Below the pieces are notes generated by a model. The model was not told where the DNA came from. It searched no databases and saw only the letters and a program-made list of their open reading frames with translations. From Bacillota bacterium (lineage in GTDB: Bacteria > Bacillota > Clostridia > Christensenellales > CAG-138): DNA of 64,000 nt. Location: NCBI GenBank assembly GCA_023399275.1, contig JAEWQH010000096.1, positions 2,190 through 66,189 of the forward strand, in the 5' to 3' direction. Below are positions 41,595 through 51,200 of this stretch, piece after piece; position 1 is the first letter of the stretch, and every line of letters begins with the position of its first letter. The translations under genes were made by a program, and so were the position numbers.

Positions 41595-43433
41595 TTATTT
41601 GTTGTCATCCACGACTTCGTAGTCTGCGTCGACCACGTCGTCCTTGGGCTGGCTTTCCGATTCGGCATAGCCGTCCTGTGCGCCCTCGGCGCCAGCCTGC
41701 TGCTGGGCCTGTTCGTAGACCTTGCCAAAGACGTTGTAGCTCAGCTCGGTGAGGCGCTCGGTCGCGGTCTTGATCATCTCCACGTCGCCGCCTTCGAGCG
41801 TCTTCTTGAGATCGGCAATCGAGTTTTCGATCTGCTCCTTGCCGGAGGCGTCGATCTTGTCGCCCATCTCCTTGAGGCTGCGCTCGGTGGTGTAGATGAG
41901 CTGATCCGCGTGGTTCTTGGTCTCAACCTCTTCCTTGCGCTTTTTGTCCTCGTCGGCAAAGCGCTCCGCTTCCGAGACGGCACGCTTGATCTCATCCTCA
42001 TTGAGGTTCGTCGACGCCGTGATGGTTACGTTCTGCTGGTTGCCCGTGCCGAGATCCTTTGCGGAGACGTGCACGATGCCGTTTGCGTCGATGTCGAAGG
42101 ACACCTCGATCTGCGGCACGCCGCGCGGCGCCGGCGCGATGCCGGTAAGCTGGAAGCGGCCGAGCGTCTTGTTGCCCTGCACCATGCCGCGCTCACCCTG
42201 AAGCACGTGCACCTCTACGCTGGTCTGCCCGTCCGCCGCGGTGGAGAAGATCTGGCTTTTCTTCGTGGGGATGGTGGTGTTGCGCTCGATGAGCTTGGTG
42301 AACACGCCGCCGACGGTTTCGATCCCCAGCGAAAGCGGGGTGACGTCCAGCAGGAGAATGTCCTTGACCTCGCCGCCAAGCACGCCGCCCTGAATCGCCG
42401 CGCCGATGGCGACGCATTCATCGGGGTTGATGCCCTTAAACGGGTCTTTGCCGGTGATCTTCTTGACCATCTCCTGCACAAGCGGAATACGGGATGATCC
42501 GCCAACGAGGATGACCTTGTCCACCTGTGAGGCGGAAAGCCCGGCGTCGCCGAGGCACTTCTGCATCAGGGTCTTGGTCTGCTCCACGAGGTCGTTGATC
42601 AGCTCGTTGAACTTCGCGCGGGTGATGGTGATGTCCAGATGCTTCGGGCCGGACTTATCCATCGTGATGAACGGCAGGTTGATCGTGGTCTGCGCAACGC
42701 CCGAAAGGTCGATCTTCGCTTTTTCCGAAGCTTCCTTGAGGCGCTGGAGCGCCATCTTGTCCTGCCGCAGATCGATACCGTTGTTCTTCTTGAAATCGTC
42801 TGCGATGTAATCCATCAGGCGTTGGTCGAAGTCGTCGCCGCCGAGTCGGTTGTTGCCCGCGGTTGCAAGCACCTGGAACACTCCGTCGCCGATCTCAAGG
42901 ATCGAAACGTCGAATGTACCGCCGCCAAGATCATAGACCAGGATCTTCTGGTTGTTTTCCTTGTCCATACCGTAGGCCAGCGCAGCCGCCGTCGGTTCGT
43001 TGATGATGCGCAGAACCTCGAGGCCCGCGATGCGGCCCGCGTCCTTGGTCGCCTGGCGCTGACTATCCGTAAAGTACGCCGGAACGGTGATGACCGCCTG
43101 CGTAACGGGTTCGCCGAGATAGGCTTCCGCGTCGGTCTTGAGTTTTTGCAGGATCATCGCGGAGATCTCCTGCGGGGTATAATCCTTCCCCTCGATGTGC
43201 ACTTTGCGCGAGGAACCCATGTCACGCTTGATCGAAGAGATCGTGCGGTCGGGGTTCGTGATGGCCTGTCGCTTTGCGATGTTGCCGACCATGCGCTCGC
43301 CGTCTTTAAACGCTACCACGGAAGGCGTGGTGCGCATCCCTTCGGAATTGGGGATGACGACCGGTTCGCCGCCTTCCAGGAAAGCGACGCAGGAGTTCGT
43401 CGTGCCGAGGTCGATGCCGATAATTTTGCCCAT
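41595..43433 (-). CDS. dnaK: Molecular chaperone DnaK (Hsp70)
   Basis: [17 protein letters not shown]..., [10 protein letters not shown]. Full-length Hsp70. Confidence 0.98.
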   Translation of the reverse strand: MGKIIGIDLGTTNSCVAFLEGGEPVVIPNSEGMRTTPSVVAFKDGERMVGNIAKRQAITNPDRTISSIKRDMGSSRKVHIEGKDYTPQEISAMILQKLKTDAEAYLGEPVTQAVITVPAYFTDSQRQATKDAGRIAGLEVLRIINEPTAAALAYGMDKENNQKILVYDLGGGTFDVSILEIGDGVFQVLATAGNNRLGGDDFDQRLMDYIADDFKKNNGIDLRQDKMALQRLKEASEKAKIDLSGVAQTTINLPFITMDKSGPKHLDITITRAKFNELINDLVEQTKTLMQKCLGDAGLSASQVDKVILVGGSSRIPLVQEMVKKITGKDPFKGINPDECVAIGAAIQGGVLGGEVKDILLLDVTPLSLGIETVGGVFTKLIERNTTIPTKKSQIFSTAADGQTSVEVHVLQGERGMVQGNKTLGRFQLTGIAPAPRGVPQIEVSFDIDANGIVHVSAKDLGTGNQQNVTITASTNLNEDEIKRAVSEAERFADEDKKRKEEVETKNHADQLIYTTERSLKEMGDKIDASGKEQIENSIADLKKTLEGGDVEMIKTATERLTELSYNVFGKVYEQAQQQAGAEGAQDGYAESESQPKDDVVDADYEVVDDNK

Positions 43434-43493
43434 AGTTGATATCCTCCAAGTATTCTATACAAGATTGTCTCCACCCAGTGGAAAAAGTAAGTT

Positions 43494-44084
43494 TTACTCC
43501 GCGACCTTCACCATGCAGTGTCGGATGATGCGGTCCCCCATCCGGTAGCCCTTCTGGAAGACAACGACGATGTCGCCGCTTTCCTTGCCGTCCACCTTTT
43601 CGCGCATGACGGCCTCGTGCTTGGCGGGGTCAAATTTGCAATCGTCCTCGATCTCCTCAAGGCCGAGCTTTTTGAGCGCGTCGAGCAGCTGGCGCTGCAC
43701 CATCGCGATGCCCTCGCGCATGGCCGCGTTTTCCTCCGGAATGCTGTCGAGCGCGCGCTCGAAGTTATCCAGCACGGGAAGAAGCTCCTTGACCGTGTCG
43801 CGCTTGCCCTCTTCGTAGCTGTCGAGCCGGATGCTGGCGTTCCTGCGGCGGTAGTTGTCAAAGTCCGCCTGAACGCGCTGCAGGAGGCCGACCGTCTCAT
43901 CCTTCTCCTTGGTGAGGGCTTCGATGTGCGCCTTTGCCGCAGCAAACTCCTCCGCCGTAAGCGTATAGGATTCCTGTTCGGCAGCAGTTTCTTGCGCAAC
44001 CGACGCTTCCCGATCCTCCGCCGCGGCGTCCTGCGCGCGGATCTTCTCGTCTGCGGGCTCGTGTTTGTTCGTCTTCTTGGTCAA
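43494..44084 (-). CDS. grpE: Nucleotide exchange factor GrpE
   Basis: The C-terminal GrpE fold (FDPAKHEAV...VVFQKGYRMGDRIIRHCMVKV) is present. TTG at 44084 with AAGGAG 9 nt upstream is preferred, and the ORF-track start at 44123 is also possible. Confidence 0.9.
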   Translation of the reverse strand: MTKKTNKHEPADEKIRAQDAAAEDREASVAQETAAEQESYTLTAEEFAAAKAHIEALTKEKDETVGLLQRVQADFDNYRRRNASIRLDSYEEGKRDTVKELLPVLDNFERALDSIPEENAAMREGIAMVQRQLLDALKKLGLEEIEDDCKFDPAKHEAVMREKVDGKESGDIVVVFQKGYRMGDRIIRHCMVKVAE

Positions 44085-44134
44085 TGTTCCAGTCTCCTTG
44101 TCCGTTCCCTTCCGGCGACGCACGCCGGGCCGGG

Positions 44135-45169
44135 TTATTCGTCGTCCTGCTCGGCGCTGAGCATCTGCGAGAGGCTCATGCGCATATATTCCAGAACGGA
44201 GATCACCTTGCTGTAGTTCATCCGCGTCGGCCCGATGATGCCGAAGGAGCCGAGCGGCTCGTCCCCGATTCGATAGGTTGCGGTGACGATGCTGCAGTCC
44301 TTAAACATCTCGTCTTCGTTCTCGTTGCCGATGGTGATTGAGAACGCCAGCTTGCTTGCGCGCTTGAGCATATCGTAGAGGAGATTTCGTCCCTCTACCG
44401 CGGCAAGGAAGGTCTTCGCCTTGTTGACGTCGTTGTATTCCGGATAGTGCAGCATGTTGGTCGCGCCCGAAAGCTGCACATTCGGCGAGTCGGCCGACAT
44501 CTTGCGCTCGACGGCTTCCATAACGGAGCAGAGGAACGCGCGCCGCGCATAGAGTTCGCCGCTCATTTCGCTGGCGATCTGATCAGCGATATGATCCATC
44601 CGGCAGTCGTAAAAGCGCTCGGTCAGCAGACGCGAGATGCGCTCGAGCTCGTCGGTGCGGATATCCTCCGGCACGCGGATGACCGCATCCCGCGCAAACC
44701 CCGCAGTGGTGACGATGACGACCAGCGCGCGGCCTTCGCGCAGCGGAACGAGCTGGATATGGCGCAGCCTGTTCGACGAAAGCATCGGCGGCATGACCAT
44801 TGCCGTGTAGTTCGTAACCGCAGAGAGCGCCTGCGCCGTCTGTTTCATAATCGACTCGACCTCATCGAGCTTCGTGCCCATGTGCGCGCGGATGAGCTTG
44901 ATCTCCTCATCCGAGAGCGCGGCGCGCTGCATCATGTGGTCGACATACAGCCGGTATGCCTTGTCCGAAGGAACGCGCCCGGCGGACGTGTGCGGCTGCT
45001 CCAGATAGCCCAGCTCCTCAAGGTCTGCCATCTCGTTTCGAATGGTCGCACTCGAAAGATTGAATTCTTCGTGCTTGCTGATGGCGCGAGAGCCAACCGG
45101 AGACGCAGACATGATGTACTCGTCGATAATCGCTTTCAGAATGCCGAGCTTTCTCGCATCCAGCCCCAT
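44135..45169 (-). CDS. hrcA: Heat-inducible transcription repressor HrcA
   Basis: MGLDARKLGILKAIIDEYIMSASPVGSRAISK...ATIRNEMADLEELGYLEQPHTSAGRVPS. Confidence 0.95.
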   Translation of the reverse strand: MGLDARKLGILKAIIDEYIMSASPVGSRAISKHEEFNLSSATIRNEMADLEELGYLEQPHTSAGRVPSDKAYRLYVDHMMQRAALSDEEIKLIRAHMGTKLDEVESIMKQTAQALSAVTNYTAMVMPPMLSSNRLRHIQLVPLREGRALVVIVTTAGFARDAVIRVPEDIRTDELERISRLLTERFYDCRMDHIADQIASEMSGELYARRAFLCSVMEAVERKMSADSPNVQLSGATNMLHYPEYNDVNKAKTFLAAVEGRNLLYDMLKRASKLAFSITIGNENEDEMFKDCSIVTATYRIGDEPLGSFGIIGPTRMNYSKVISVLEYMRMSLSQMLSAEQDDE

Positions 45170-45262
45170 ATGCCGCCGCCTCCTTTCGATTCGATCCCGC
45201 CGGTAAAATTCGCTTTGGCAGTTTGCGCGGCGGCACGACGGCCGCCGCTAGAATCCTCGTTG

Positions 45263-45289
45263 TTAGCACTCTGTTTTATCGAGTGCTAA
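45263..45289. promoter_or_regulatory. CIRCE operator (HrcA binding site), perfect consensus
   Basis: TTAGCACTC-tgttttatc-GAGTGCTAA, exactly TTAGCACTC-N9-GAGTGCTAA, between the promoter and the hrcA start. Confidence 0.95.
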
Positions 45290-45300
45290 CCCATGAGAAA

Positions 45301-45329
45301 AATTTAGCACCTACGAGGCTGGGTGTCAA
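45301..45329 (-). promoter_or_regulatory. Sigma-A-type promoter of the hrcA-grpE-dnaK-dnaJ operon, TTGACA-17-TAAATT
   Basis: Reverse strand: TTGACA (45329-45324), 17-nt spacer, TAAATT (45306-45301). CIRCE begins about 12 nt downstream. Confidence 0.7.
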
Positions 45330-45392
45330 GTAAGTGCTGTATCAAAAATGTGACATTCCAGTGAATTCCCCCACCCGAGGCAAAAACCCGCG

Positions 45393-46532
45393 CTATTCCA
45401 TGAAAAAACCAAGCGCTTCGTTCTGCAGGTCGAGTCCTTTGCGGTTCAGCGCAATCAATCCGTCCGATTCGGTAGCCCAGCCCCGCGCGCGCAGACGCTC
45501 CATCGCGGCAGGAAACGCATCGGCCATATCCAACCCAAAACGCGCGCGAAACGCCGCGCGATCCACCCCGCGCGTCAGCCGCAGCCCGAGCATGACGCAC
45601 TCAAACATCTCCTCCGCCGGATACAGGCAAAGGGTCTCGGACAACGGGCGCTTTCCGCGCGCGATCAGGCGATGATATTCGGAAAGCGTGTCCGCGTTGG
45701 CATAGCGCGTCCAGCGCTCCTTGCGTACCGCTGCGTGCGCGGCTACGCCGAAGCCGAGGTATTCCCCGTTTTGCCAGTAGTTCAGGTTGTGGCGGCAGGC
45801 AAAGCCGTCCTGCGCAAAATTGCTGATCTCGTAGCGCAAAAATCCCCTTGACTCGAGAAAATCGATACCTGCATCCTGCATATCCGCAACCTGGTCTTCA
45901 TCCGGCAGCGTGACCTGCCCGTTCTTTGCCATACGGTAAAGCGGCGTGTGCTCCTCCAGGATGAGCGAATAGGCGGATATGTGCTGCGCACCGAGCGCGC
46001 AGACCGCTTCGAGCGAATCGAGATACTGCGCAGGCGTCTGCCCAGGCAAGCCATGCATCAGGTCGATGTTGATGTTGCCGAAGCCGGCAGCCCGCGCGGC
46101 GCCATAGGTTTCGAGAAACTGCGCAAATGTATGGATGCGGCCGATCCGCCGCAGCAGCGCGTCGTGGGTGCTCTGCAAGCCGATCGAAAGGCGATTGACG
46201 CCCGCCGCGCGATAGTCCGCGAGCTTTCCCGCCGTCACCGTGCCGGGGTTGACCTCCATCGAGCGCTCCGCGTCCGCGCGGATACAAAAACGCACGTTCA
46301 GCGCCTCCATCAAGCGGCGCATCTGATCACCGGAAAGCAAAGAAGGCGTGCCTCCGCCGAAGAACACCGTGTCAAACGCGGCAGGGTACTCCCCTTCCTG
46401 CGCAACAAGCACGATCTCGGCAAGCAGCGCATCCACATACGACTCCGGCACGCCGTCCTCCGCAAAGCTGACGAAGTCGCAATATGCGCATTTCCTTACG
46501 CAAAACGGGATATGCAGGTAGATGCCCGCCAT
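45393..46532 (-). CDS. hemW: Radical SAM heme chaperone HemW (HemN-like, oxygen-independent coproporphyrinogen oxidase family)
   Basis: MAGIYLHIPFCVRKCAYCDF (CxxxCxxC), GGGTPS. The ATG at 46532 lies 2 nt after the lepA stop, in the classical lepA-hemN/W-hrcA position. Confidence 0.9.
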   Translation of the reverse strand: MAGIYLHIPFCVRKCAYCDFVSFAEDGVPESYVDALLAEIVLVAQEGEYPAAFDTVFFGGGTPSLLSGDQMRRLMEALNVRFCIRADAERSMEVNPGTVTAGKLADYRAAGVNRLSIGLQSTHDALLRRIGRIHTFAQFLETYGAARAAGFGNINIDLMHGLPGQTPAQYLDSLEAVCALGAQHISAYSLILEEHTPLYRMAKNGQVTLPDEDQVADMQDAGIDFLESRGFLRYEISNFAQDGFACRHNLNYWQNGEYLGFGVAAHAAVRKERWTRYANADTLSEYHRLIARGKRPLSETLCLYPAEEMFECVMLGLRLTRGVDRAAFRARFGLDMADAFPAAMERLRARGWATESDGLIALNRKGLDLQNEALGFFME

Positions 46533-46534
46533 AT

Positions 46535-48337
46535 TCAGTTGATGCGAAGCACGCTCATAAACGCGTCGCTCGGCAGCGAAACGGTGCCGACCTGACGCAT
46601 GCGCTTCTTGCCCTCCTTCTGTTTCTCGAGCAGCTTCTTCTTGCGCGTGATATCGCCGCCGTAGCACTTGGCCAGCACGTCTTTACGCACGGCACGGACG
46701 GTTTCGCGCGCGATGATCTTGCCGCCGATAGCGGCCTGAACCGGGATCTCAAACTGCTGGCGCGGGATGACCTCGCAGAGCTTCTCCGCCACGGCGCGGC
46801 CCTTGGCATAGGCGCGGTCGCGGTGGACGATGGTGCTCAGTGCGTCGCAGACATCCCCGTTGAGCAGAAAGTCGAGCTTGACCAGATCGCTCTTCTCGTA
46901 GCCCTTGAGCTCATAGTCGAAGGAGGCGTATCCCCTGCTGCGGCTCTTGAGCTGGTCGAAGAAGTCATAGATGATCTCGTTGAGCGGGAGCTCGTAGTGC
47001 AGCCGCACGCGCGAACCTTCGATGTAGTTCATGTCGATGAATACGCCTCGGCGCTCCTGGCAGATCTCCATGATGGAGCCGACATACTCCGACGGCGTCA
47101 TGATATACGCGTTGACAACCGGCTCCTCCATCTGCTCGATCTCCGTCACAGGCGGCAGGTTGGAGGGGTTATCGATCAGCTCCACCTCACCGGAGGTGCG
47201 CTTGATGCGGTAGATGACGCTTGGCGCGGTAGTCACCAGATCGAGGTCAAACTCGCGCTCGAGCCGCTCCTGAACGATCTCCATATGCAGCAGGCCGAGA
47301 AAGCCGCAGCGGAAGCCGTAGCCAAGCGCATTGCTCGTCTCCTGCTCGTAGGAGAGCGAGGCGTCGTTGAGCTGGAGCTTGTCGAGCGCATCCCGCAGGT
47401 CGCCGTATTGCGCGCCATCCGCCGGGTAGATGCCGCAAAAAACCATGGGGTTGGCCTGCTTGTAACCCGGCAGCGGTTTGCCCGCAGGGCGCTCGGCCGA
47501 GGTGATCGTATCGCCGACCTTCGTCTCGGCAACGCTCTTGATCGACGCCGCGATATAGCCGACCTCGCCCGCGGTGAGCTCGTCCACCGGCATCTGCGCA
47601 GGCGTGAACACGCCGACCTCCGTTACCTCAAACTCATGCCCCGTCGCCATGGAGCGGATGCGCATCCCTTCCTTTACCGTGCCGTCGAACACGCGCACAT
47701 AGGAGAGCGCGCCCTTGTAGTTGTCGTAATAGCAGTCGAACACCAGCGCGGCGAGCGGCGCGTCCGGGTCGCCCTTGGGCGGCGGCACGGCCCCCACGAC
47801 AGCGGCAAGCACCTCGTCTACATGCAAGCCGTTTTTGGCGGAGATCTTCGGGGCGGACTGCGCCTCGATGCCGATGACATCCTCGATCTCCTGCGCGGTT
47901 CGCTCGGGATCCGCGCTCGGCAGGTCGATTTTGTTGATGACCGGAACGACCTCGAGCCCGTTATCCACGGCGAGATAGACGTTTGCCAGCGTCTGCGCCT
48001 CGATGCCCTGCGTCGCGTCAACGACGAGCACGGCCCCTTCGCAGGCCGCCAGCGCGCGGCTGACCTCATAGTTGAAGTCCACATGCCCCGGTGTGTCGAT
48101 GAGGTTAAACATATAGCGCTTGCCATCCGCATGCGTATAGAACATGCGCACCGCGGAGGACTTGATCGTGATGCCGCGCTCGCGCTCGATCTCCATTGAA
48201 TCGAGCAGCTGCTCGGACATATCCCGCGCGGCGACGGTGTCCGTCAACTCCATCATGCGGTCGGCCAGCGTCGATTTTCCGTGATCGATGTGCGCTATAA
48301 TAGAGAAATTTCGAATGAGTTCATTGGGGTATGCCAT
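46535..48337 (-). CDS. lepA: Translation elongation factor 4 (LepA)
   Basis: [28 protein letters not shown], and the C-terminal LepA-specific domain. Start at ATG 48337. Confidence 0.97.
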   Translation of the reverse strand: MAYPNELIRNFSIIAHIDHGKSTLADRMMELTDTVAARDMSEQLLDSMEIERERGITIKSSAVRMFYTHADGKRYMFNLIDTPGHVDFNYEVSRALAACEGAVLVVDATQGIEAQTLANVYLAVDNGLEVVPVINKIDLPSADPERTAQEIEDVIGIEAQSAPKISAKNGLHVDEVLAAVVGAVPPPKGDPDAPLAALVFDCYYDNYKGALSYVRVFDGTVKEGMRIRSMATGHEFEVTEVGVFTPAQMPVDELTAGEVGYIAASIKSVAETKVGDTITSAERPAGKPLPGYKQANPMVFCGIYPADGAQYGDLRDALDKLQLNDASLSYEQETSNALGYGFRCGFLGLLHMEIVQERLEREFDLDLVTTAPSVIYRIKRTSGEVELIDNPSNLPPVTEIEQMEEPVVNAYIMTPSEYVGSIMEICQERRGVFIDMNYIEGSRVRLHYELPLNEIIYDFFDQLKSRSRGYASFDYELKGYEKSDLVKLDFLLNGDVCDALSTIVHRDRAYAKGRAVAEKLCEVIPRQQFEIPVQAAIGGKIIARETVRAVRKDVLAKCYGGDITRKKKLLEKQKEGKKRMRQVGTVSLPSDAFMSVLRIN

Positions 48338-48364
48338 ATGCTTCCCTCCCATATTTCGGGTTTC

Positions 48365-48393
48365 ATCATACTGTATCTCGGGGCGGAATGCAA
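48365..48393 (-). promoter_or_regulatory. Sigma-A-type promoter for lepA, TTGCAT-17-TATGAT
   Basis: Reverse strand: TTGCAT (48393-48388), 17-nt spacer, TATGAT (48370-48365). Confidence 0.65.
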
Positions 48394-48430
48394 GAACGAT
48401 CCGCCCGCCGCCGCCCTGAGCCGCAAGCGC

Positions 48431-48456
48431 GAAAACGGCGGCGCAGAAGCGCCGCC
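48431..48456 (-). terminator. Rho-independent terminator after the second NlpC/P60 gene
   Basis: Reverse strand: GGCGGCGC-ttct-GCGCCGCC followed by GTTTTCG. Confidence 0.65.
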
Positions 48457-48474
48457 GCGTGCGTGCTTTTCATG

Positions 48475-50004
48475 CTACTCGATCGGGCGCCTGGCCACGA
48501 CGAAGTTCCTGCGCCAGTAGCTGCTCTTTGCGCTCCTGCGAACGACCTTGCCGTTTGCCGAGGACGCGTCTATCATCTCTCCGCCGCCGATGTAGATGCC
48601 TACGTGGCCGACGCTGCTGCTGTCGTCCGACTTGAAGAAGATCAGGTCGCCGCGCTTCACATCGTCGAGATCGGAGATCTTCGTCCAGCTGCTGGTCTTG
48701 CTCAGGCCCGCGGCATTTAACCTGCGGGTATAGACGTTGACCTGGCGCAGGCAGTAGTAGACCAGTCCCGAGCAGTCGAAGGAATCCGGCCCGCTCTTGC
48801 CGAGGATATAGGTATCGCCAAGCTGTTTCTTCGCGATGGAGATGAGCTTGTCGATGCGCCCCTCCGCAGAGGATTCCTTAGCGATCTTTGCCTCGCGTTT
48901 CTTCTCAGCTATGATCTCCTGTTCCTTGGTGTAGGAGACGCGCGCATCGGGCGAGTTGACCGCCTCCAGCGTCTTTTCGCCTGCCTTGCCATCCTTGGTC
49001 AGATAGTTTCGGTTTTGAAATTTCTTGACCGCTTCCACGGTATCGGTGCCGTAGTAGCCGGTGATCTGGTTCTTTTCAAGATAACCCAGCTCGACCAGCT
49101 GCTCTTGAAACGCTTCGATATCGTCCCCCTCCGCGCCCTCATACATGACGTACGGCTTGGCATCCTCGGAGTAGATCAGTACGATGGTCTCGTTTCCGCA
49201 GATGCCGTCTTCCTGCAGCTCGTGCTGGCGCTGAAAAAGCTTGACGGCTTCCTTGGTCGCGTTGCCAAAGTAGCTGGTCGGCTCGTCGATGCCGAGATAG
49301 CCGAGCTCCATCAGCCGCTTTTGCAGCGCCATAACATCCTCGCCTTCCGCGCCTTTCTCAATGCGCACCTCCGGCGTCGGGCTGGGGGTAGGCTCCGGCG
49401 TAGCGGTCGCCTCCACCGTGGGCGACGGGGCCGGGGTCGAGAGCATCAGATCCGCAGCCAGCGCCTCCGCGCGCTTATGACGCGAGCCGGAAACGGCGAG
49501 GATCACGATCACGCATACGAGCACAAACCCGCCCGCACTTCCGAGGAAGATGCGCACCGGCTTCCCCAGCGCGGAGATCGCGCCCACGGCGCCCCGCACC
49601 CAGGCGGACGCCGATTTGCCAAAGAGATAGACCGCGCGAAGACCGCGCTTGAGCCCGTATACGATCGTTTGCCAGAACGTTTTTTTTCGTCTCTTTTTCT
49701 TGCCGGAAGAGGGCGGCCTCCCGCCGGATCCGCCCTTTGGCGGGAGCGCGGACGAACCGCCGCCTGCCCTATGGCCTGTGCTGTCGCGCTGCGCGCGCGC
49801 AGCCGGCTGCGAAGGCACGGCAGAGCGGTACCCGCCCGTTTGTTGCGCGCCGTAAGAGGCGGTCTGCCGGGGCGAATACATGTCGGAAGAATATGCACCG
49901 GCCTTGGCAGGCCGCATGCTTCCGGATGCGGAAGCGCCGCCGTAAAGCCGCGGATCCGCCGTATTCTTTCTATTTTGGAACGAACCGTAGTCGTTTGCGT
50001 TCAT
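48475..50004 (-). CDS. Membrane-anchored cell-wall hydrolase: disordered N-tail + TM + PG-binding repeats + NlpC/P60
   Basis: A ~140-aa G/S/R/P/Y-rich N-terminal region and a TM (IFLGSAGGFVLVCVIVILAV). Three PG_binding_1-like repeats (LQKRLMELGYLG, FQEQLVELGYLE, ...). NlpC/P60 core (SFDCSGLVYYC...GHVGIY...IDAS). Same architecture as 3133..4461. Confidence 0.85.
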   Translation of the reverse strand: MNANDYGSFQNRKNTADPRLYGGASASGSMRPAKAGAYSSDMYSPRQTASYGAQQTGGYRSAVPSQPAARAQRDSTGHRAGGGSSALPPKGGSGGRPPSSGKKKRRKKTFWQTIVYGLKRGLRAVYLFGKSASAWVRGAVGAISALGKPVRIFLGSAGGFVLVCVIVILAVSGSRHKRAEALAADLMLSTPAPSPTVEATATPEPTPSPTPEVRIEKGAEGEDVMALQKRLMELGYLGIDEPTSYFGNATKEAVKLFQRQHELQEDGICGNETIVLIYSEDAKPYVMYEGAEGDDIEAFQEQLVELGYLEKNQITGYYGTDTVEAVKKFQNRNYLTKDGKAGEKTLEAVNSPDARVSYTKEQEIIAEKKREAKIAKESSAEGRIDKLISIAKKQLGDTYILGKSGPDSFDCSGLVYYCLRQVNVYTRRLNAAGLSKTSSWTKISDLDDVKRGDLIFFKSDDSSSVGHVGIYIGGGEMIDASSANGKVVRRSAKSSYWRRNFVVARRPIE

Positions 50005-50174
50005 AGCGTTCTCCTAAGAAAAAATTCTAAGGAAAATGCAAGACATTTGCAATAGGTATCTAAATATTGTAATACAATGTTCAATATTTGCGCCTTACAC
50101 ACAACATCTGGTTGCAAAAGGGCACCGGTTCTACACGTACCTCGCGCAAATATGAACACAGCTTGTCAAGCAGC

Positions 50175-50212
50175 AGAAAAGCGCGCAGAGAGGAGGCTCC
50201 TCCACTGCGCGC
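50175..50212 (-). terminator. Rho-independent terminator after the ECF-S fusion gene
   Basis: Reverse strand: GCGCGCAG-tggaggagcctcctct-CTGCGCGC followed by TTTTCT. Confidence 0.65.
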
Positions 50213-50230
50213 CGGCTGATGATTCCCTGT

Positions 50231-51043
50231 TTAGCGATCGCCCGTCTTGCCGCTGGCTTCCACGGCCGCCTGCATGATCTCTTTTGCCGTCGTATCCCCG
50301 TTTTCCACACGGACAAACGGTTTGTCCTTCGGCAGAAAACGCTCACGCTGCGCGGCGTCAAGCCGCTCAAACGCGCCGGCGTCATCCACGGCGACGATGC
50401 GTGCCATGATCCCCTGAACGGAGAGCATATCCCCCGCCTTACAGATCAGCTCCGCCTTGTCGCGCCCTGCGAGCAGCACGACCTCCGGCCCGTTCTTCGG
50501 CTCGCGCAAAATCTCGGCGCAGTCGGACATCGCCGCGCTTTGCCGCGCAAACAGCTTCGTCTTGAGGAGCATGACGCCGAGAAGCGTCGCAACCACCGCG
50601 CCAGTCATGCACTGCAGCGTGTTAAACAGAATGTTCGGGATCGCGCTTGCTGCGCCGTAGAGCAGCGTTTCGTAGAGAAAGTATCCCGCGGGCACGGCCA
50701 GCGCAGCCAGATAGAGCGCGGCATAGCGGATCCTCTTTTGCGTCCTGACAAAGAGCACCCCGGCAATCAGCGCCACCGCGCCTTTGATGAGAAACGTTGC
50801 GGGCGCGTAAACGGAGTAGCCAAGCAGCACGTCGGAGAGTGCGGACGCCGCGCCTGCGCAGAGCGCGCCCCAACCGCCACCGAGCAGCATGCCCGCCAGC
50901 AAAACGCCCACGTCGCCGAGATTGATATAGCCGAGCCCCCCGGGCATGGGGATGGAGACCAGCGTCGTAAGCAGCACAATCGCGGCCGCGAGCACGCCGG
51001 CGGTCGTCAAGCGCCGGATGGAGAGCGTCTGTTTGGTTTGCAT
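50231..51043 (-). CDS. ECF-transporter S-component-like membrane domain fused to a transketolase C-terminal-like domain
   Basis: Residues 1-165: five or six TM segments with IPMPGGLGYINLGDVGVLLAG...LSDVLLGY, the S-component pattern. Residues ~172-265: GPEVVLLAGRDKAELICKAGDMLSVQGIMARIVAVDDAGAFERLDAAQRERFLPK. This aligns by eye with the E. coli TktA C-terminus [55 protein letters not shown]. Start at ATG 51043 (AGGAGGA upstream). Confidence 0.6.
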   Translation of the reverse strand: MQTKQTLSIRRLTTAGVLAAAIVLLTTLVSIPMPGGLGYINLGDVGVLLAGMLLGGGWGALCAGAASALSDVLLGYSVYAPATFLIKGAVALIAGVLFVRTQKRIRYAALYLAALAVPAGYFLYETLLYGAASAIPNILFNTLQCMTGAVVATLLGVMLLKTKLFARQSAAMSDCAEILREPKNGPEVVLLAGRDKAELICKAGDMLSVQGIMARIVAVDDAGAFERLDAAQRERFLPKDKPFVRVENGDTTAKEIMQAAVEASGKTGDR

Positions 51044-51200
51044 GGTACCGTATCCTCCTGGTCTGGCCGGCGGCATCATCCTGCGCCGGAAAAGTTTACT
51101 ACATTATATCCACTTATGCGCCAAATGAGAATCCAATTTTCGCGCTGTTTTTCCGGCGTTTCATCAAAATAATGACTCTCCCGCGCATTTTTCACCTGCG

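Noticed and set aside
45301-45329. Possible second, degenerate CIRCE (TTAGCACCT-N8-GGGTGTCAA) upstream of the perfect one.
   Set aside because: The right arm matches only about 6/9 positions and the spacer length is wrong. The same bases read on the coding strand as a clean TTGACA-17-TAAATT promoter, which explains them better.
51044-51200. TPP riboswitch upstream of the ECF-S/transketolase-C fusion gene.
   Set aside because: No CUGAGA or ACCUGAUCUGGAUAAUGCCAGCG-type thi-box sequence is present. The leader after the TATAAT box is only about 60 nt, with one small GC hairpin.
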